Part shown: positions 12,606 to 26,900 of the stretch, in pieces
Layout of the letters: every line of letters starts with the position of its first letter
Numbering within the stretch: position 1 is the stretch's first letter
NCBI GenBank assembly: GCA_951406725.2
Contig: OX597834.1
Coordinates: forward strand, 6,014,001 to 6,078,000
Reading direction: 5' to 3'
From: Octopus vulgaris
Taxonomy: Eukaryota
Length of the DNA: 64,000 nt
Program-made: the position numbers and the translations under genes
Notes under the pieces: generated by a model
Told to the model about the DNA's origin: nothing
Seen by the model: only the letters and a program-made list of their open reading frames with translations
Databases searched by the model: none

Positions 12606-13093
12606 GTTGTTGTTGTTGTTAAGATGACAAACTTGGTAGAAACATTAGCCTGGCAGACAAAATGCATAGCAACATTTCTTCCAGCTGTATGTTCTGAGTT
12701 CAAATTCCACTGATGTCAGCTTTGCTTTTCATCCTTTCAGGGTCAATAAAATAAGTACCAGTTGAACACTGGGGTTCAATGTAATTGACTAGTCCATCCC
12801 TCCCCTCAAAACTGCTAGCCTTGTGTGTATAGAAGAAACAAGCTATAACTATTATCATTATTTTTACTGCTACTACTACCATTATTATTATTTTTTTGGT
12901 GGATGGGGTCTGGAGGTGGAGGTTGAATCCATGACCACTGAGAAAATTCCAAGATTGTGTGTTTTGTGTTTTCTAATCAACTACAAATATATCAGCCGAA
13001 ATTGCGAGGATGATCCGGTTCTTGACTGAAGATTAGAGGCTTCAATATGATGTCTGGCCTATTTGCCTATTATTATTATCATTATTATTATTA

Positions 13094-13164
<71 letters not shown>

Positions 13165-13165
13165 T

Positions 13166-13212
<47 letters not shown>

Positions 13213-14448
13213 TATTATTATTATTATTATTGGCACCCGTACTGGTGGCACGTAACAAACACCATCTGAGCATGGCCGTTCGCCAGCCTCGTCTGGCACC
13301 TGTGTCGGTGGCACATAAAAAACACCATCTGGGCGTGGCCATTTGCCAGCCTCGTCTGGCACCTGTGTTGGTGGCACATAAAAAGCACCCACTACACTCA
13401 CGGAGTGGTTGGCATTAGGAAGGGCATCCAGCTGTAGAAACACTGCCAGATCTGACTGGCCTGGTGCAGCCTTCGGGCTTCCCAGACCCCAGTTGAACCG
13501 TCCAACCCATGCTAGCATGGAAAGCAGACGTTAAACGATGAAGATGATTTTTTATATACAAATATATTTTGTATGATATTGATTTAGTTGTTGTTTAGCA
13601 CCGAGTAGATCAGCTGTAAACGAGCAGACCAATGAACAAAAATAATCCATGATTGTCTTGCCTTTTTACATATCTAGAACTACATCATGTAATATCTCTT
13701 TTGTAAGACAATACCTAGTCTTGATTAGTCATATTTTTACTAAAATCGCTACTTTTAAAATATATCTGTATTTTTCCTATTTACATGAGCTGTATTTTAT
13801 TTTTGTCAAATACTTATTAAACAGGTTGATAGTATTTCTTCTATCGACCAGAATTAAATATTGAAAGTCATTAAATGTGGTAATCGTAAACTTCTGCCGG
13901 TCATCCGCCGTAATTATTGAGTATCATTAAGCAATATTACATCAAACACAAAAACACAATTCTTTCAATTCCCCCGTGTCACATTCCTGGCAAATAATGT
14001 TCATTAATTCCTCATTGGTTTCTGTTTCAATTTATCTCTCAACTTCTGTGATTGTTTCATGTTGTTGACCTCTATATTTAAATTACTTGAATGACTTTCT
14101 CGTTTATGTAGTTGTCAACATATGTTGTTATTAGTTAACCCCACAACAACCCAATCAACAAAGAACTTCCAGTCGTGACCACCCCATAGTTCTATTTTCA
14201 AACAGAGACACAGATACTCTTTTACTCTTTTATTTGTTTCAGTCATGTGACTGTGGCCATGCTGGAGCACCGCCTTTAGTCAATCAAATCGACCCCAGGA
14301 CATATTCTTTGTAAGCCTAGTACTTATTTTATCGGTCTCTTTTTTTGCCGAACCGCTATGTTACGGGGACGTAAACACACCAGCATCACTTGACAACCGA
14401 TGTTGGGGGGACAAACACAGACACACAAATACGCACATACATACATAC

Positions 14449-14495
<47 letters not shown>

Positions 14496-15906
14496 TACGA
14501 CGGGCTTATTTCAGTTTCCGTCTACCAAATCCACTCACAAGGCTTTGGTTGGCCCGGGGCTATAGCAGAAGACACTTGCCCAAGGTGCCACACAGTGGGA
14601 CTGAACTGGAACCATGTGGTTCGTAAGCAAGCTACTTCAAAATATTACCTTCTTGTCTGTATAATATATATATATAATGATAAAGATGATGATGATGATG
14701 AGGAGGAGGAGGAGGAGGAGGAGGAGGATATATATATTATGCAATTTGGTACCCGAGCTGGTGACACATAAATGCATCCTGGTGACATGAAAATGGCACC
14801 TGTGCCAGCAGCACATAAAAGCACCCATTACACTCTCAGAGTGGTTAGCATTAGGAAGGGCATCCAGCCATAGAAACCATGCCAAATCAGACTGGAGCCT
14901 GGTGCAGCATTCCAGCATGACAGCCCAGTCAAACCGTCCAACCCATGCCAACATGGACAACAGATGTTAAATGATGATGATGATGATATACTATATATAT
15001 ATATATATATATATATAAGGCAGTGAGGGGGAAGAATTGTTAACATTGTGGGCCACATGCTTAACAGCATTTCACCCATCTTTACATTCTGAGTTCAAAT
15101 TCTGCCAAGCTGGACTTTGCTAAATAGCAGTTGAGGTGTGTGAAAATTTGAGATCAATACATATATATATGTGTGTATGTGTGTGTGTGTGGAGGCGCAA
15201 TGGCCCAGTGGTTAGGGCATCGGACTTGCGGTCGCTTCACGAGGCTCCGGCAGGTGGGGGTGATCCCTGCTGTACTCTTTCGTCACAACTTTCTCTCACG
15301 CTTTCTTCTGTTGGCCTGCTCGCTTAGCCAGCGGGGTAGCGTCATTTGAAAGCTAAAACAATGCAAAGCGCATTGTGACCAGCGATGTGTTGCAGCATCT
15401 GACGGCCTGGTCGTTCACGGTGATCATGGTGATATACGTATATATAATTGAATAAGATAGAGTCAACAAGAAGGAATATGGTTAGACAGTTATTTGATAA
15501 TCACTACACAGTATATATGAAGGGAGATGTTCATATATACAGGGTTTAAATTATGCAATGGTTTACCTGTATAATGGGATGCAGTTGTATTTCTTCAGGT
15601 GATACACAATTGTTGTCCCCGTTTGTTACAAAACCATCAACATCAATGCTAATACACACTTGAGGTAGTGAGCTGGCAGAATCATTAATATGCCAGGTAA
15701 TATGCTTAGCAGCTTTTCACCTGTCTTTACGTCCTGAGTTCAAATTCTGCCAAGGTCACCTTTGCCTTTCATCCCTTCAGAGTTGATAAAAAAAATACCT
15801 GGTGAGTACTGTGGCTGATGTAATCAACTTGATTCCTCTGTTAAAAATGCTGGCCTTTTACCAAAACCGATATATATTTGCATATAGACAGAGGTGCATG
15901 TGTATC

Positions 15907-15938
<32 letters not shown>

Positions 15939-16659
15939 TTAACGTCCGCTTTCCATGCTAGTATATGTTGGACGATTTGACTGAGGTCTGGCGAACCAGA
16001 CTCCAATCTTGATCTGGCAGAGTTTCTACAGCCGGATGCCCTTCCTAATGCCAACCACTCCGAGAGTGCAGTGGGTGCTTTTACGTGCCACTGGCACGAG
16101 GGCCAGTCTAGTGGTACTGGCAACGACCATGCTCAAATGGTGCTTTTTATGTGCCACCTGCACAGGAGCTAGTCCAGCGGCACTGGCAATGACCTCGCTC
16201 GAATGTTTCATGTGCCACCAGTACAAGTGCCAGTAAGGCGGCATGGTAACGATCACGCTCAAATGGTGTGTTTAACGTGCCACCGGCACAAAGGCCAGCT
16301 TGTTGCTCTGGCAACAATCTCACTCGTATGGTACTCTTAGCGCTCTACTAGCAACGGACGCCAGTCACTAAGTTTGACATATATTTCTATATGTGCATGC
16401 ACATATGCACACACACACACACACATGTACACACTCACAAATGTATACATATATATTCGTGTGTGTGTGTGAGTGTGTGTCTGCATATATATTTATATGT
16501 ACACATATGTACTGTATTATGTGGGTCTACTAAGTATTTTGATAGCAAATAATAGATTTAGAATTTGCTTCATTGAAATTTTTAATGCAGATAATCATTG
16601 TTAATTCCATTGTTTAAAGTATTTTGATTGTATAACTTGGATTACCAGCTGCATTTCTA

Positions 16660-16708
16660 GTCTATCTATCTATCTATCTATTTGTCTATCTATCTATCTA
16701 TCTATTTG

Positions 16709-16771
<63 letters not shown>

Positions 16772-16784
16772 GTCTATCTGTGTG

Positions 16785-16847
<63 letters not shown>

Positions 16848-16866
16848 GTCTGTCTATCTATCTATC

Positions 16867-16914
<48 letters not shown>

Positions 16915-17012
16915 ACTACCTATCTATCTATCTATCTATCTTACTATCTATCCATTTATCTATCAGTCTCTCCCTCTCTCTCCTATCTGTCTGTCTGTCA
17001 ATCAGTCTATCC

Positions 17013-17068
<56 letters not shown>

Positions 17069-17513
17069 GTCTGTCTATCTATTTACACACACACACACAC
17101 TCACAGACACACACACATATATTCATATATATATACACATGCAGTCATGACCTCTTCATGTGTGTGAGTGTGTCTATGTGATTATGTGATTATGTGAGAA
17201 GCATAATCAATATAATTTTTTCTTTTAATCAAAGTTAAATCCAGGTGAATTGTTATATAACGACTTACCTGTCTCCTCCATTCTTACAAAGCTGCCACAT
17301 GAAAGCCAAATGTAGTGGAGTTACACATTGAACTTGCCGAGGTGAACGCTTGCTGAACAGACTTTAGCATCATTATCCACATTGTCGATTAACAAGCCTG
17401 CAAGACACAACGTTGCTCTGTTTTGTTTTGCTAGGTTTTATCGACTGAACGATGATGCAGTTATACGTGTGTGTGCATGTGATACATACATATACATATA
17501 TGTATATGTATAT

Positions 17514-17583
<70 letters not shown>

Positions 17584-17875
17584 GTATATGTATATATATA
17601 TATGTATATGTATATATATATGTATATATATGTATATATATGTATATATATATATATATATATGTATATGTATATATATATGTATATGTATATATATGTA
17701 TATATGTCATCATCATCATCATCATCATCATTTAGCGTCCGCTTTCCATGCTAGCATGGGTTGGACGGGTCAACTGGGGTCTGGGAAGCTGGAAGGCTTC
17801 GTCAGGCCCAGTCATATCTGGCAGTGTTTCTACGGCTGGATGCCCTTCCTAACGCCAACCACATATATATGTATG

Positions 17876-17910
<35 letters not shown>

Positions 17911-18151
17911 GTATATGTATATATATGTATATATATGTATATATATATATACATATATATATATGTGTATATTTATATATATATATACATATATATAATA
18001 TATATACATATATACACAAACATACATATGTATATGCATGTATATTTATACATATATTTTTTTGTTTACATATATGCATACTCACACAAAGACGAGAAAT
18101 GCGCTTAAATTCTTCTTTATCTGTCTATCTACCTATCTATCTATCTGTCTG

Positions 18152-18230
<79 letters not shown>
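16660..18230. repeat. Microsatellite cluster (TATC)n, (TA)n/(TATG)n, (CA)n, (CAT)n
   Basis: Direct reading; source of the spurious YLSI/IYIY ORFs. Confidence 0.95.
17269..17397 (-). other. Candidate exon of a host gene (5' UTR plus start of CDS, M-E-E-T)
   Basis: Minus strand ttgcag| acceptor and ACAG|GTAAGT donor; agaATGG in strong Kozak context at 17281; unique sequence amid repeats. Confidence 0.3.
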
Positions 18231-18231
<1 letters not shown>

Positions 18232-18342
18232 CATTATATAAATAAGGATAAGATTGTTATTTAAATACCGGTCTTATCAGGTGGCCAGCATGTGAATAAA
18301 ATCTTTTCAAAGGTAATAATTATTTAAAATTATAATTTAGGA

Positions 18343-18543
18343 TATCTAAGAGATAGCACCATGCTGGAAATAACAGTAAAAAATTGACTCTAAAACCACA
18401 TTAAATGTATCCAGTAATTTTTTTCTTTTTGCTAGTTTATTTTGTCTCTTTGTCTTCTCTCCTGGTGCTGTATGAACATTTAATGTAGTTTAAGAGTCAA
18501 GTTTTGACAACTATTTCCAGCCTGGTGGTATCTCTTAGATATC
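18343..18543. repeat. Imperfect inverted repeat (~68-bp arms)
   Basis: gatatctaagagatagcaccatgctggaaata...acattaaatgt versus acatttaatgt...tatttccagcctggtggtatctcttagatatc. Confidence 0.8.
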
Positions 18544-19370
18544 TTTTCTTTTTCTTTTTTTTCTTTTTTTACTTGTTTCAGTCAGTTGACTGCAGCCATG
18601 CTGGTGCACCGCCTTTAATCGAGCCACTCGACCCCAGTACTTATTCTATCGGTCTCTTTTGCCAAACTGCTAAGTGACAGGGACATAAACACACCAGCAT
18701 CGGTTGTCAAGCAATGCTAGGGGGACAAACACAGACACACAAACATACACGCACATATATATATACATACATATGTATGACGGGCTTCTTTCAGTTTCCG
18801 TCTACCAAATCCACTCACAAGGCTTTGGTCAGCACGAGGCTATAGCAGAAGACACTTGCCCAAGGTGCTACACAGTGGGACTGAACCCGGAACCATATGG
18901 TTGGTAAACAAGCTACTTACCACACAGCCACTCTATCTACATTATGTATAAATAATGAGGGAGATAAATTGAATATTAATTTAATTAATATCAATTTAAA
19001 ACCACTAGCCTAGCATATAAAAAATATGAAAAATAAGAAAAAGTTTCAATACATGTGTATATTTAGGGCTAAAAAACCACTAGGTGGATAACCACATGCT
19101 AGAAGAAGATCACATACGATCTAAATTTAAATTGATTGATTGATTCTAGTTTCAGCTTATGAACACTGTGGCCATGCTGGGGCACCGCCAAATGTTGAAG
19201 TGAATCTAACGGTTTTGTGTGTTTCTTAAATGGCTTATAAACACCTTCCACGGTGCAATTGTTTTTGTTCCAGCACACAATCTCAGATCAAGTCACTCGC
19301 TACGCAAGTACATCTCCGTATATACATTATGTATATGTAAAAAGATAGATAAGAGAAGAGAGAGGGAGGT

Positions 19371-19445
19371 GGGGAGAGCAGATGGGGAGAGCAGATGGGG
19401 GGAGCAGATGGAGGGAGCAGATGGGGAGAGCAGATAGGGAGAGAA
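19371..19445 (+). repeat. 14-bp minisatellite (gggagagcagatgg)
   Basis: About 5 tandem copies. Confidence 0.85.
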
Positions 19446-20484
19446 ACATTGAGCAAAAGAGAAAAAATTAAGCAGTGCTTTTTGTTAGATAGTCTAAGGT
19501 AACCAATAAAGTATCAGAAATGGTGAAGCAGTGGCTATAATGCATTTATATTATTCGCTTGCCACTCTCTACATTCTTCCTTACACCTCTGTACAGTGCT
19601 CAGACCTTGTCAGGACTTTCTTTAAATTTAATATATCTTTGATCAATAAACGTAGAACTAATCGTTTCTCCAATGGTTTATCTAGTTATTGTCAGTGGTT
19701 GAGAACCTTATTTTCTTCAAGGTGTAGGGACCGTCTTCATAATCTTTGATGTGGCTCAAAATAAAGTCTGAAACCAATACAAGTTTGGGTATGTGGGTAT
19801 TTTGAAAATACCTCATGGAGTGATTACTATGTCCTGTATAGATACAGACTGCCCTTTGACACGGCATGGTACCCATTCAACTTGCCAGGGTTACAGCTAA
19901 GTCATGGGACTGTAGCGTAGTGGATTGTGAAGAGGTAGCATCATCTTGAAGAGCAATAGTCAAACACATCAATCAGTGGTGAGTCTGCTTCTTATCCTAT
20001 CTGTATCTTGTGTCATACTACTGAGTCAGGGGATGTAAACAAACCAACACCTTGCAAATGGTTTCTTTTGTACTCAATTTTTTTCTCTCAGATCATTCTT
20101 CATTCGAGTGGTTGTATACTGTCAACTTAACGTGACAGTCCCGTGAGGGAATTACACCACCGCTGTTTAGCCCTAGGAAACATCAACGCTTCCTGTCAGC
20201 CATGACACATTTCCTGTGTCTCTATATATTTACGAAAGGGAGCCAAACACCCACAACAGCTAGGCCTGCATCTAGAGACACGCATTCGTTTCCAACCTTC
20301 AAGCATCTTCTGCAGTTAGTGTCAATATTCCACAACCATTTCAGTTTGTTCTCCAGCATCTTCCAATCTACCCTTTGCCCATAGAAAATAAAATCTTATT
20401 GTTAACCGAGATAAAATACATTACAGACTGAAAATTACTATTTTTAAATCTCACAATGAGAGATATTCAGCAACAGCACTTTGG

Positions 20485-20883
20485 AGTAAAGATTGTTTGA
20501 CAACATAACATGGCAGTCCTGGTTTAGGGCGAATGTTGCTGTAATTTAGCCCCAGGAGACATCGTCTCCAGCTGGCTATACAACACGATCTGTGTCCTTA
20601 TATTTTCGAAGAAGGGTATCAAGCACCCCCACTCAGCTCAAAATAATATCTGCGTATCATGATTTCTGGGTTATTTTCAGGTTATGAAGAGAAATGACCC
20701 AGAAATCATGGTACACAGATATTGTTTTGAGCTGAGTGGGGGTGCTAGATTCCCTTGTTCGAAATTATAAGGATACAGATCATGTCATATAACCAGCTGA
20801 AGACGATGTCTCCTGGGGCTAAATTACAGCAACATTCATCTTAAACCAGAACTGCCATGTTATGTTGGCAAACAATCTTTACT
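20485..20883. repeat. ~400-bp fold-back palindrome (~190-bp imperfect arms)
   Basis: agtaaagattgtttgacaacataacatggcag... versus ...ctgccatgttatgttggcaaacaatctttact; near-duplicate flanks tacattacagactga / tgcattatagactga. Confidence 0.85.
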
Positions 20884-21540
20884 GCATTATAGACTGATGT
20901 AAAATTTCTATGATATCTTAGAATGTGAGGTTGTATAGATCACATGACAGACAATTAAGGGAAAAAAATGTTTTTGGTGTACTTTAGAATTATCCGTTCT
21001 ATCACAGCATGGAAAAAAAGAGCATTCACAATAACAACAACAATAACAATAATTATGATGAATCTTAGACTCCAAAAAAATAATTACATTATAATTAATT
21101 TAGCAATGCATGGCAATTAAGGATCCTTACTTAAAGAAAGTACTTTCAAAGTTTTGCCCAAGGCCAGCAATGTCAGGGGATGGGGTAAGTCACTTATATC
21201 AACCCCACTGTTTAACTGATACTTAACTTATCGACCTTGGAAAAGGGTGGGAAGCGAAGTGGATTTGAACTTGGAACATCAAAATAAAAAAATACATGTC
21301 ACTAAGTGTTTTGTCTGATGTGCTAACAAATCTGTTGCTGGCAGGGAGATGAATCACTGCTGCTTCTAGAGGTTGGGTGTCCATCACTGACAAGACCATA
21401 CAAAGTCGAAACCACATGATCTGGGATTTCTCTGCCCACTAGTGATACAAACAGGAGACCATCTCATACTAAGAAAATCAATATGAGAGCTTCTCTCATG
21501 GTAACTACCGCAGTAGATTACAGAGGATCCATGTTTAAGT

Positions 21541-22200
21541 GGGGAGCTCACAGAAACGTTAGCACACCGGGCAAAATGCTTAGCGATGTTTTGTCTGCCA
21601 TTACGTCCTGAGTTCAAATTCTGCCGAGGTCGACTTTGCCTTTCATCCTTTCGGGGTTGATAAATTAAATACCTGTTACGTACTGGGGTCGATATAATTG
21701 ACTTAATCCATTTATCTGTCCTTGTTTGTCCCCTCTATTTTAGCCCCTTGTGGGCAGTAATGATATAAGAAACGTTAGTATGCTGGGCGAATTGCTTAGC
21801 GGTGTTTTGTCTGCCGTTACATTCTGAGTTCAAATTCCGCCGAGATCAACTTTGCCTTTCATCCTTTCGGGGTCGATAAATTAAGTACCAGTTACGTACT
21901 GGGGTCGATATAATTGACTTAATGCGTTTATCTGTCCTTGTTTGTCCCCTCTGTGTGTAGCCCCTTGAGGGCAGTAAAGAAATAAGAAATGTTAGGACGC
22001 TGGGCGAAATGCTTAGCGGTGTTCTGTCTGTCTTTACGTTCTGAGTTCAAATTCCACCGAGGTTGATTTTGCCTTTCATCCTTTCGGGGTTGATAAATTA
22101 AATACCTGTTACGTACTGGTGTCGATGTAATCGACCTTATCCCTTTGTCTGTTCTTGTTTGTCCTGTCTGTGTTTAGCCCCTTGTGGGCAATAAAGAAAT
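21541..22200 (+). mobile_element. Tandem trimer of SINE family B (single copies also at 24060-24268+ and 27173-27393-)
   Basis: Three ~216-bp repeats of gaaacgttagcac...gagttcaaattcc...ccccttgtgggcaataaagaaat. Confidence 0.85.
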
Positions 22201-23090
22201 AATAAATGTTACCTCTCACTATTACTACTGCCTTTGTCACTAATAGATAATTCCATCAGTCTACTGTCTTCCTTTTCTCAAAGACAAATTCTCCCTTTCT
22301 CAATGACATTGATAATACATCAGCTAATTGCCTTTGTTGCTTTAATAGTTTCCAATGTTTGTCACAGAGAGATATGGAACTGACATGTTCTTTCTGTTAT
22401 ATATGTCAATTTGTAAATCTAGTCTAGACAAATTTATTCATTTAATATCTCTAGACAACTTAGTATGTTGTTTAATTAATATGTCTTAAATGTTTTAATC
22501 AATTATTTGCTTTTAAAAAAAGAATCAACGATATGCTAGATGGTCTGAAAAGATGTAATTATTTAATATTGAAGCAAACATATAATTCAGATCATAAATT
22601 ATTTTACAATTCTGAATTTGAAATTGTCATTGTAAGCAAAAGGAAGAGGAGAATGGTATGAAAAATGTGAAAATGCGATCAATTCAAAATGTTATAATTA
22701 TAGTTGGAGAATAACCAAAAAAAAAAAAAAAAGTCAAAGATGTCATTTTAATTCTCAGAACAATTCTATTCTCCCACACATATTGTATATTTATGCATTG
22801 ATACTTTTGTTGCTACAATGGTGAGAGCAACTTTGTTGCTGAAGTTGAAATAATACCGAAACATATTCCGAGTTGTCTCCCTTACATGCCAAATTAATAA
22901 AAATGATAACAGCCAATACCTCTTGTCATTTTTGCCTCAGAACATATATATTTCTACTTACTTACTGCTCCTCGATTTAAATATTAGTTTTTATGTGGAT
23001 GTCTTCTCCATGAGATTTATTCCTTAAACAATTTTACTTTTCTGTGCCGTCTAATGATTCCTTCCTTCGGTAAGCATGGCAAAGTCTATA

Positions 23091-23965
23091 CAGTAATGCC
23101 TCGATTAACAAGTTAATTTGTTCCCATAGTCCACTCGTAAAGCAAAAAACTCATAAAGCAGAGCAATAATTTCCCATAGTAACAATGTTATAAATCGTGA
23201 TTCGTTCCTAGAAAAATATTTCATCTAAAAATTTATAATAGGAGTGGATGTGTGGTAAGTAGCTTGGTTACCAACCACATGGTTCCGGATTCAGTCCCAC
23301 TGCATGTCACCTTGGGCAAGTGTCTTCTGTGTGTCTGTGTTTGTCTGTGTGTCTGTGTTTGTCCCCCTAGCATTGCTTGACAACTGATGCTGGTGTGTTT
23401 ATGTCCCCGTCACTTAGCAGTTCGGCAAAAGAGACTGATAGAATAAGTACTGGGCTTACAAAGAATAAGTCCCGGGGTCGATTTGCTCGACTAAAGGCGG
23501 TGCTCCAGTATGGCCGCAGTCAAATGACTGAAACAAGTAAAAGAGTAAAAGAGTAATACTCGTAAATAAATGGCAATAAAACAACAGTAGAATGTAAAGA
23601 ATATTTTATGTAAAATAAGGAATGTCAAGATTATAATAAAAAATATTATTATTATTACTATCATTTTCTGAATCTCTTTCACTTACATTAGTCTCACGCA
23701 CCCCATCACTTCTAGACATGATCACCAACTCACAAGCACTCATAGACGGACTTATAGATTTCTTTTTAAAAAGCAACTCTAGAGCTGTTTGCTTAGAAGA
23801 AGCTGTTTTTCTCGCTCAATAAATTTCTTGGTAACATGCAAAAGCATTTGTTATAGAAGTAGAAACTTTTGAATTTTATTCAAAATTTAGATCTTGTGCT
23901 TAAAAAATAAAACTCGTAAGCCTGCGGTCTCGCAAAACAGCTCCTCATAAATTTTGATATTACTG
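23091..23965. mobile_element. pogo/Tigger-like non-autonomous element interrupted by a SINE A copy
   Basis: TA|cagtaatgcctcg ... gatattactg|TA termini. Confidence 0.5.
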
Positions 23966-26900
23966 TACTTTGCTGATGTGGTGATAATAATATTGAAACA
24001 AATACATAGTTGTCTCCCTTACATTCAAGACTAATCAAAATAATGTTAGACATATGCTGATGGCAGAAACGTTAGCACGCCGGGTGAAATGCGTAGCCGT
24101 ATTTCATCTGCCGTTACGTTCTGGGTTCAAATTCCGCCAAGGTTGACTTTGCCTTTCATCCTTTTGGGGTCAATAAATTAAGTATCAGTTACGCACTGGG
24201 GTCAATGTAATCGACTTAATCCGTTTGTCTGTCCTCTCTATGTTTAGCCCCTTGTGGGTAGTAAAGAAACAGATATTGTTATACTTCTCCCTGCAAATAA
24301 TCCATCCATTCCATTCGTCTCCACTGCCCACTGATCCATTGAAGAAGGGTCCTTGGGGACTTCTTCGATAAGGTCCCATCAGAAGCAACCATCATTACAC
24401 TTTCTGGCTGGATTCTCAAGCATAACCAACTGAGTGAATGGATATTATCCAATCATCTCGTTCTCGATCTAATTCTAGGTCAGTTGTTGGTTGATTTTGA
24501 ATTGAAGAATCTGTTTTGAAATTCTTTCTAATTGAACCAATCCTATGACTGGCACCCAGCAGTTGCCAGGACCTCTGGACTGACTCCTGTGCAGGTGGCA
24601 AGTGAAGAAACACCATTTTGACCCTGTGTTTGAGGAGATCCATTGAATCAAGTACACCAACATCAAAATCAATGGAAACTGCAGTTGCGATCCCTGTGCC
24701 AGTGGCATGTAAAAAGCACCATCTGGATCATGGCCGATACCAGCACCGCCTTGACTGGCTTCCGATGATGATGATACATGCCTGTAGTATTTGAGCTGTG
24801 TCCTCTCAATATGGATAAGTAAGGGTTCAACTAAGAGACATCTTGAATAGAAATACCAGCATGGTGCCTGGCACAAATAAGACCACTAAAAACTACAATA
24901 AGAAAAGAGAGTTAACAAGTGTTAACGATGGACTTATTCATTCTTAATTAGGGGTGTCTGTTAGTACAACCTGCAACAAGCCTGCAACTGATACATATCT
25001 CAGAACACAACAGTGGGTTCAGGAGGGAACAATTATTAGAAGTTGGGAACCATATATTTATTTCAAAAATCCAACTGATGCTGCAGGTGTCATATCTCAA
25101 GTTTTCTAACCTTTGCTAACAACCTCTGTTGGTTTCTATTATAATTGGTTCTAATGCAGGCTCCCAGCGGCAGCAGATTCCATTTCTACTGCTATGTTAT
25201 TTGTTTCTAGTTACATTTTTAAGATCTCTCTGCATCAATTTAATTGGATGTTTAAATCTCTTTCTCTCTTTCTCTTTTACTTGTTTCAGTCATTTGACTG
25301 CAGCCATGCTGGAGCACCGCCTTTAGTCGATCAAATCGACCCCGGGACTTATTCTTTGTAAGCCCAGGAGTTATTCTATCTGTCTCTTTTGCTGAACCGC
25401 TAAGTGACGGGGACATAAACACACCAGCATCAGTTGTCAAGCAATGCTAGGGGGACAAACACAGACACACAAACACATACACACATACACATATATATAT
25501 ACATACACATATACGACAGGCTTCTTTCAGTTTCCGTCTACCAAATCCACTCCCAAGGATTTGGTCGGCCCGGGGCTATAGCAGAAGACACTTGCCCAAG
25601 ATGCCACGCAGTGGGACTGAACCCGGAACCATGTGGTTGGTTAGTAAGCTACTTACCACACAGACACTCCTGCACCTATAGCCACTCCTGCGCCTATTGG
25701 GTTTTTGGGGGTTTTTTTCAATTCCAACAAATTCTTTAAATTTATTTGCAATTTCAGAAAGGACTGAAGATACCCAGGTAGCATTGCCCTATTGGCTGGA
25801 TTACTTGAAAATTCCTGTGGTTCTATTTAGTTTCCTGTGATTCTGTCTAATTACTTCACTTGAATCAAAGATCACCTAAAACCATGACTTCTGAGAAATA
25901 TTTGACAAAGTAGAACAAGTCACTTCAGGACCCAGAGATCCTCTCAAAATATGAGGTATTCACGACTATATTTTTAGGCAGAAGCCCAGCAGATAAACAT
26001 AGGCTAAACTAGGGGTAGGATTCCACACCAATCTACCAGCTGAAATCCCACTCTCTTATGGATAATCTTCTCTTATCCCAATCTCTTAATACATGCACGA
26101 AGTGGATTTGTTTGACAGATTTGGTAGAGTGGATTTGGTAGAGTGGATTTGGTAGACGGAAACTGAAAGAAGCCCATCGTAAAGGTGCAGGAGTGGCTGT
26201 GTGGTAAGTAGCTTGTCTACCAACCACATGGTTCCGGGTTCAGTCCCACTGCGTGGCACGTTGGGCAAGTGTCTTCTACTATAGCCTCGAGCCAACCAAT
26301 GCCTTGTGAGTGGATTTGGTAGACGGAAACTGAAAGAAGCCCGTCATATATATGTATATATATATATGCGTGTGTATGTTTTTGTGTCTGTGTTTGTCCC
26401 CCTAGCATTGCTTGACAACTGATGCTGGTGTGTTTATGTCCCCGTCACTTAGCAGTTTGGCAAAAGAGACCGATAGAGTAAGTACTGGGCTAACAAAAGA
26501 ATAAGTCCCGGGGTCGATTTGCTTGATTAAAGGCGGTGCTCCAGCATGGCTGTAGTCAAATGACTGAAACAAGTAAAAGAGTAAAAGAGTAAAGAGTAAA
26601 TAGAGTATATATGTATATATATATATGTGTGTGTGTGTGTTTGTGTGTCTGTGTTTGTCCCCCCAACGTCACTTGACATGCGATGCTGGTGTGTTTACAT
26701 CCCTGTAACTTAGCAGTTCGGCAAAAAGAACCCGATAGAATAAATACTAGGCTTACAAAGAATAATTCTTGGGGTCGATTTGCTTGACTTAAAAGGTGGT
26801 GCTCCAGCATGGCTGTGGATTGGATTTATAGTAGTACATTAATAACTTTTATATGTTTCAGTCTTATCACACCTCACCAGTTTAACGGTTATTGCAGATT

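Noticed and set aside
16682-18245. Cluster of YLSI/IYIY ORFs, and similar ones at 13.0-13.5, 43.2-43.7, 49.0-49.7, 55.8-56.3 and 58.3-58.7 kb
   Set aside because: Simple-repeat artefacts
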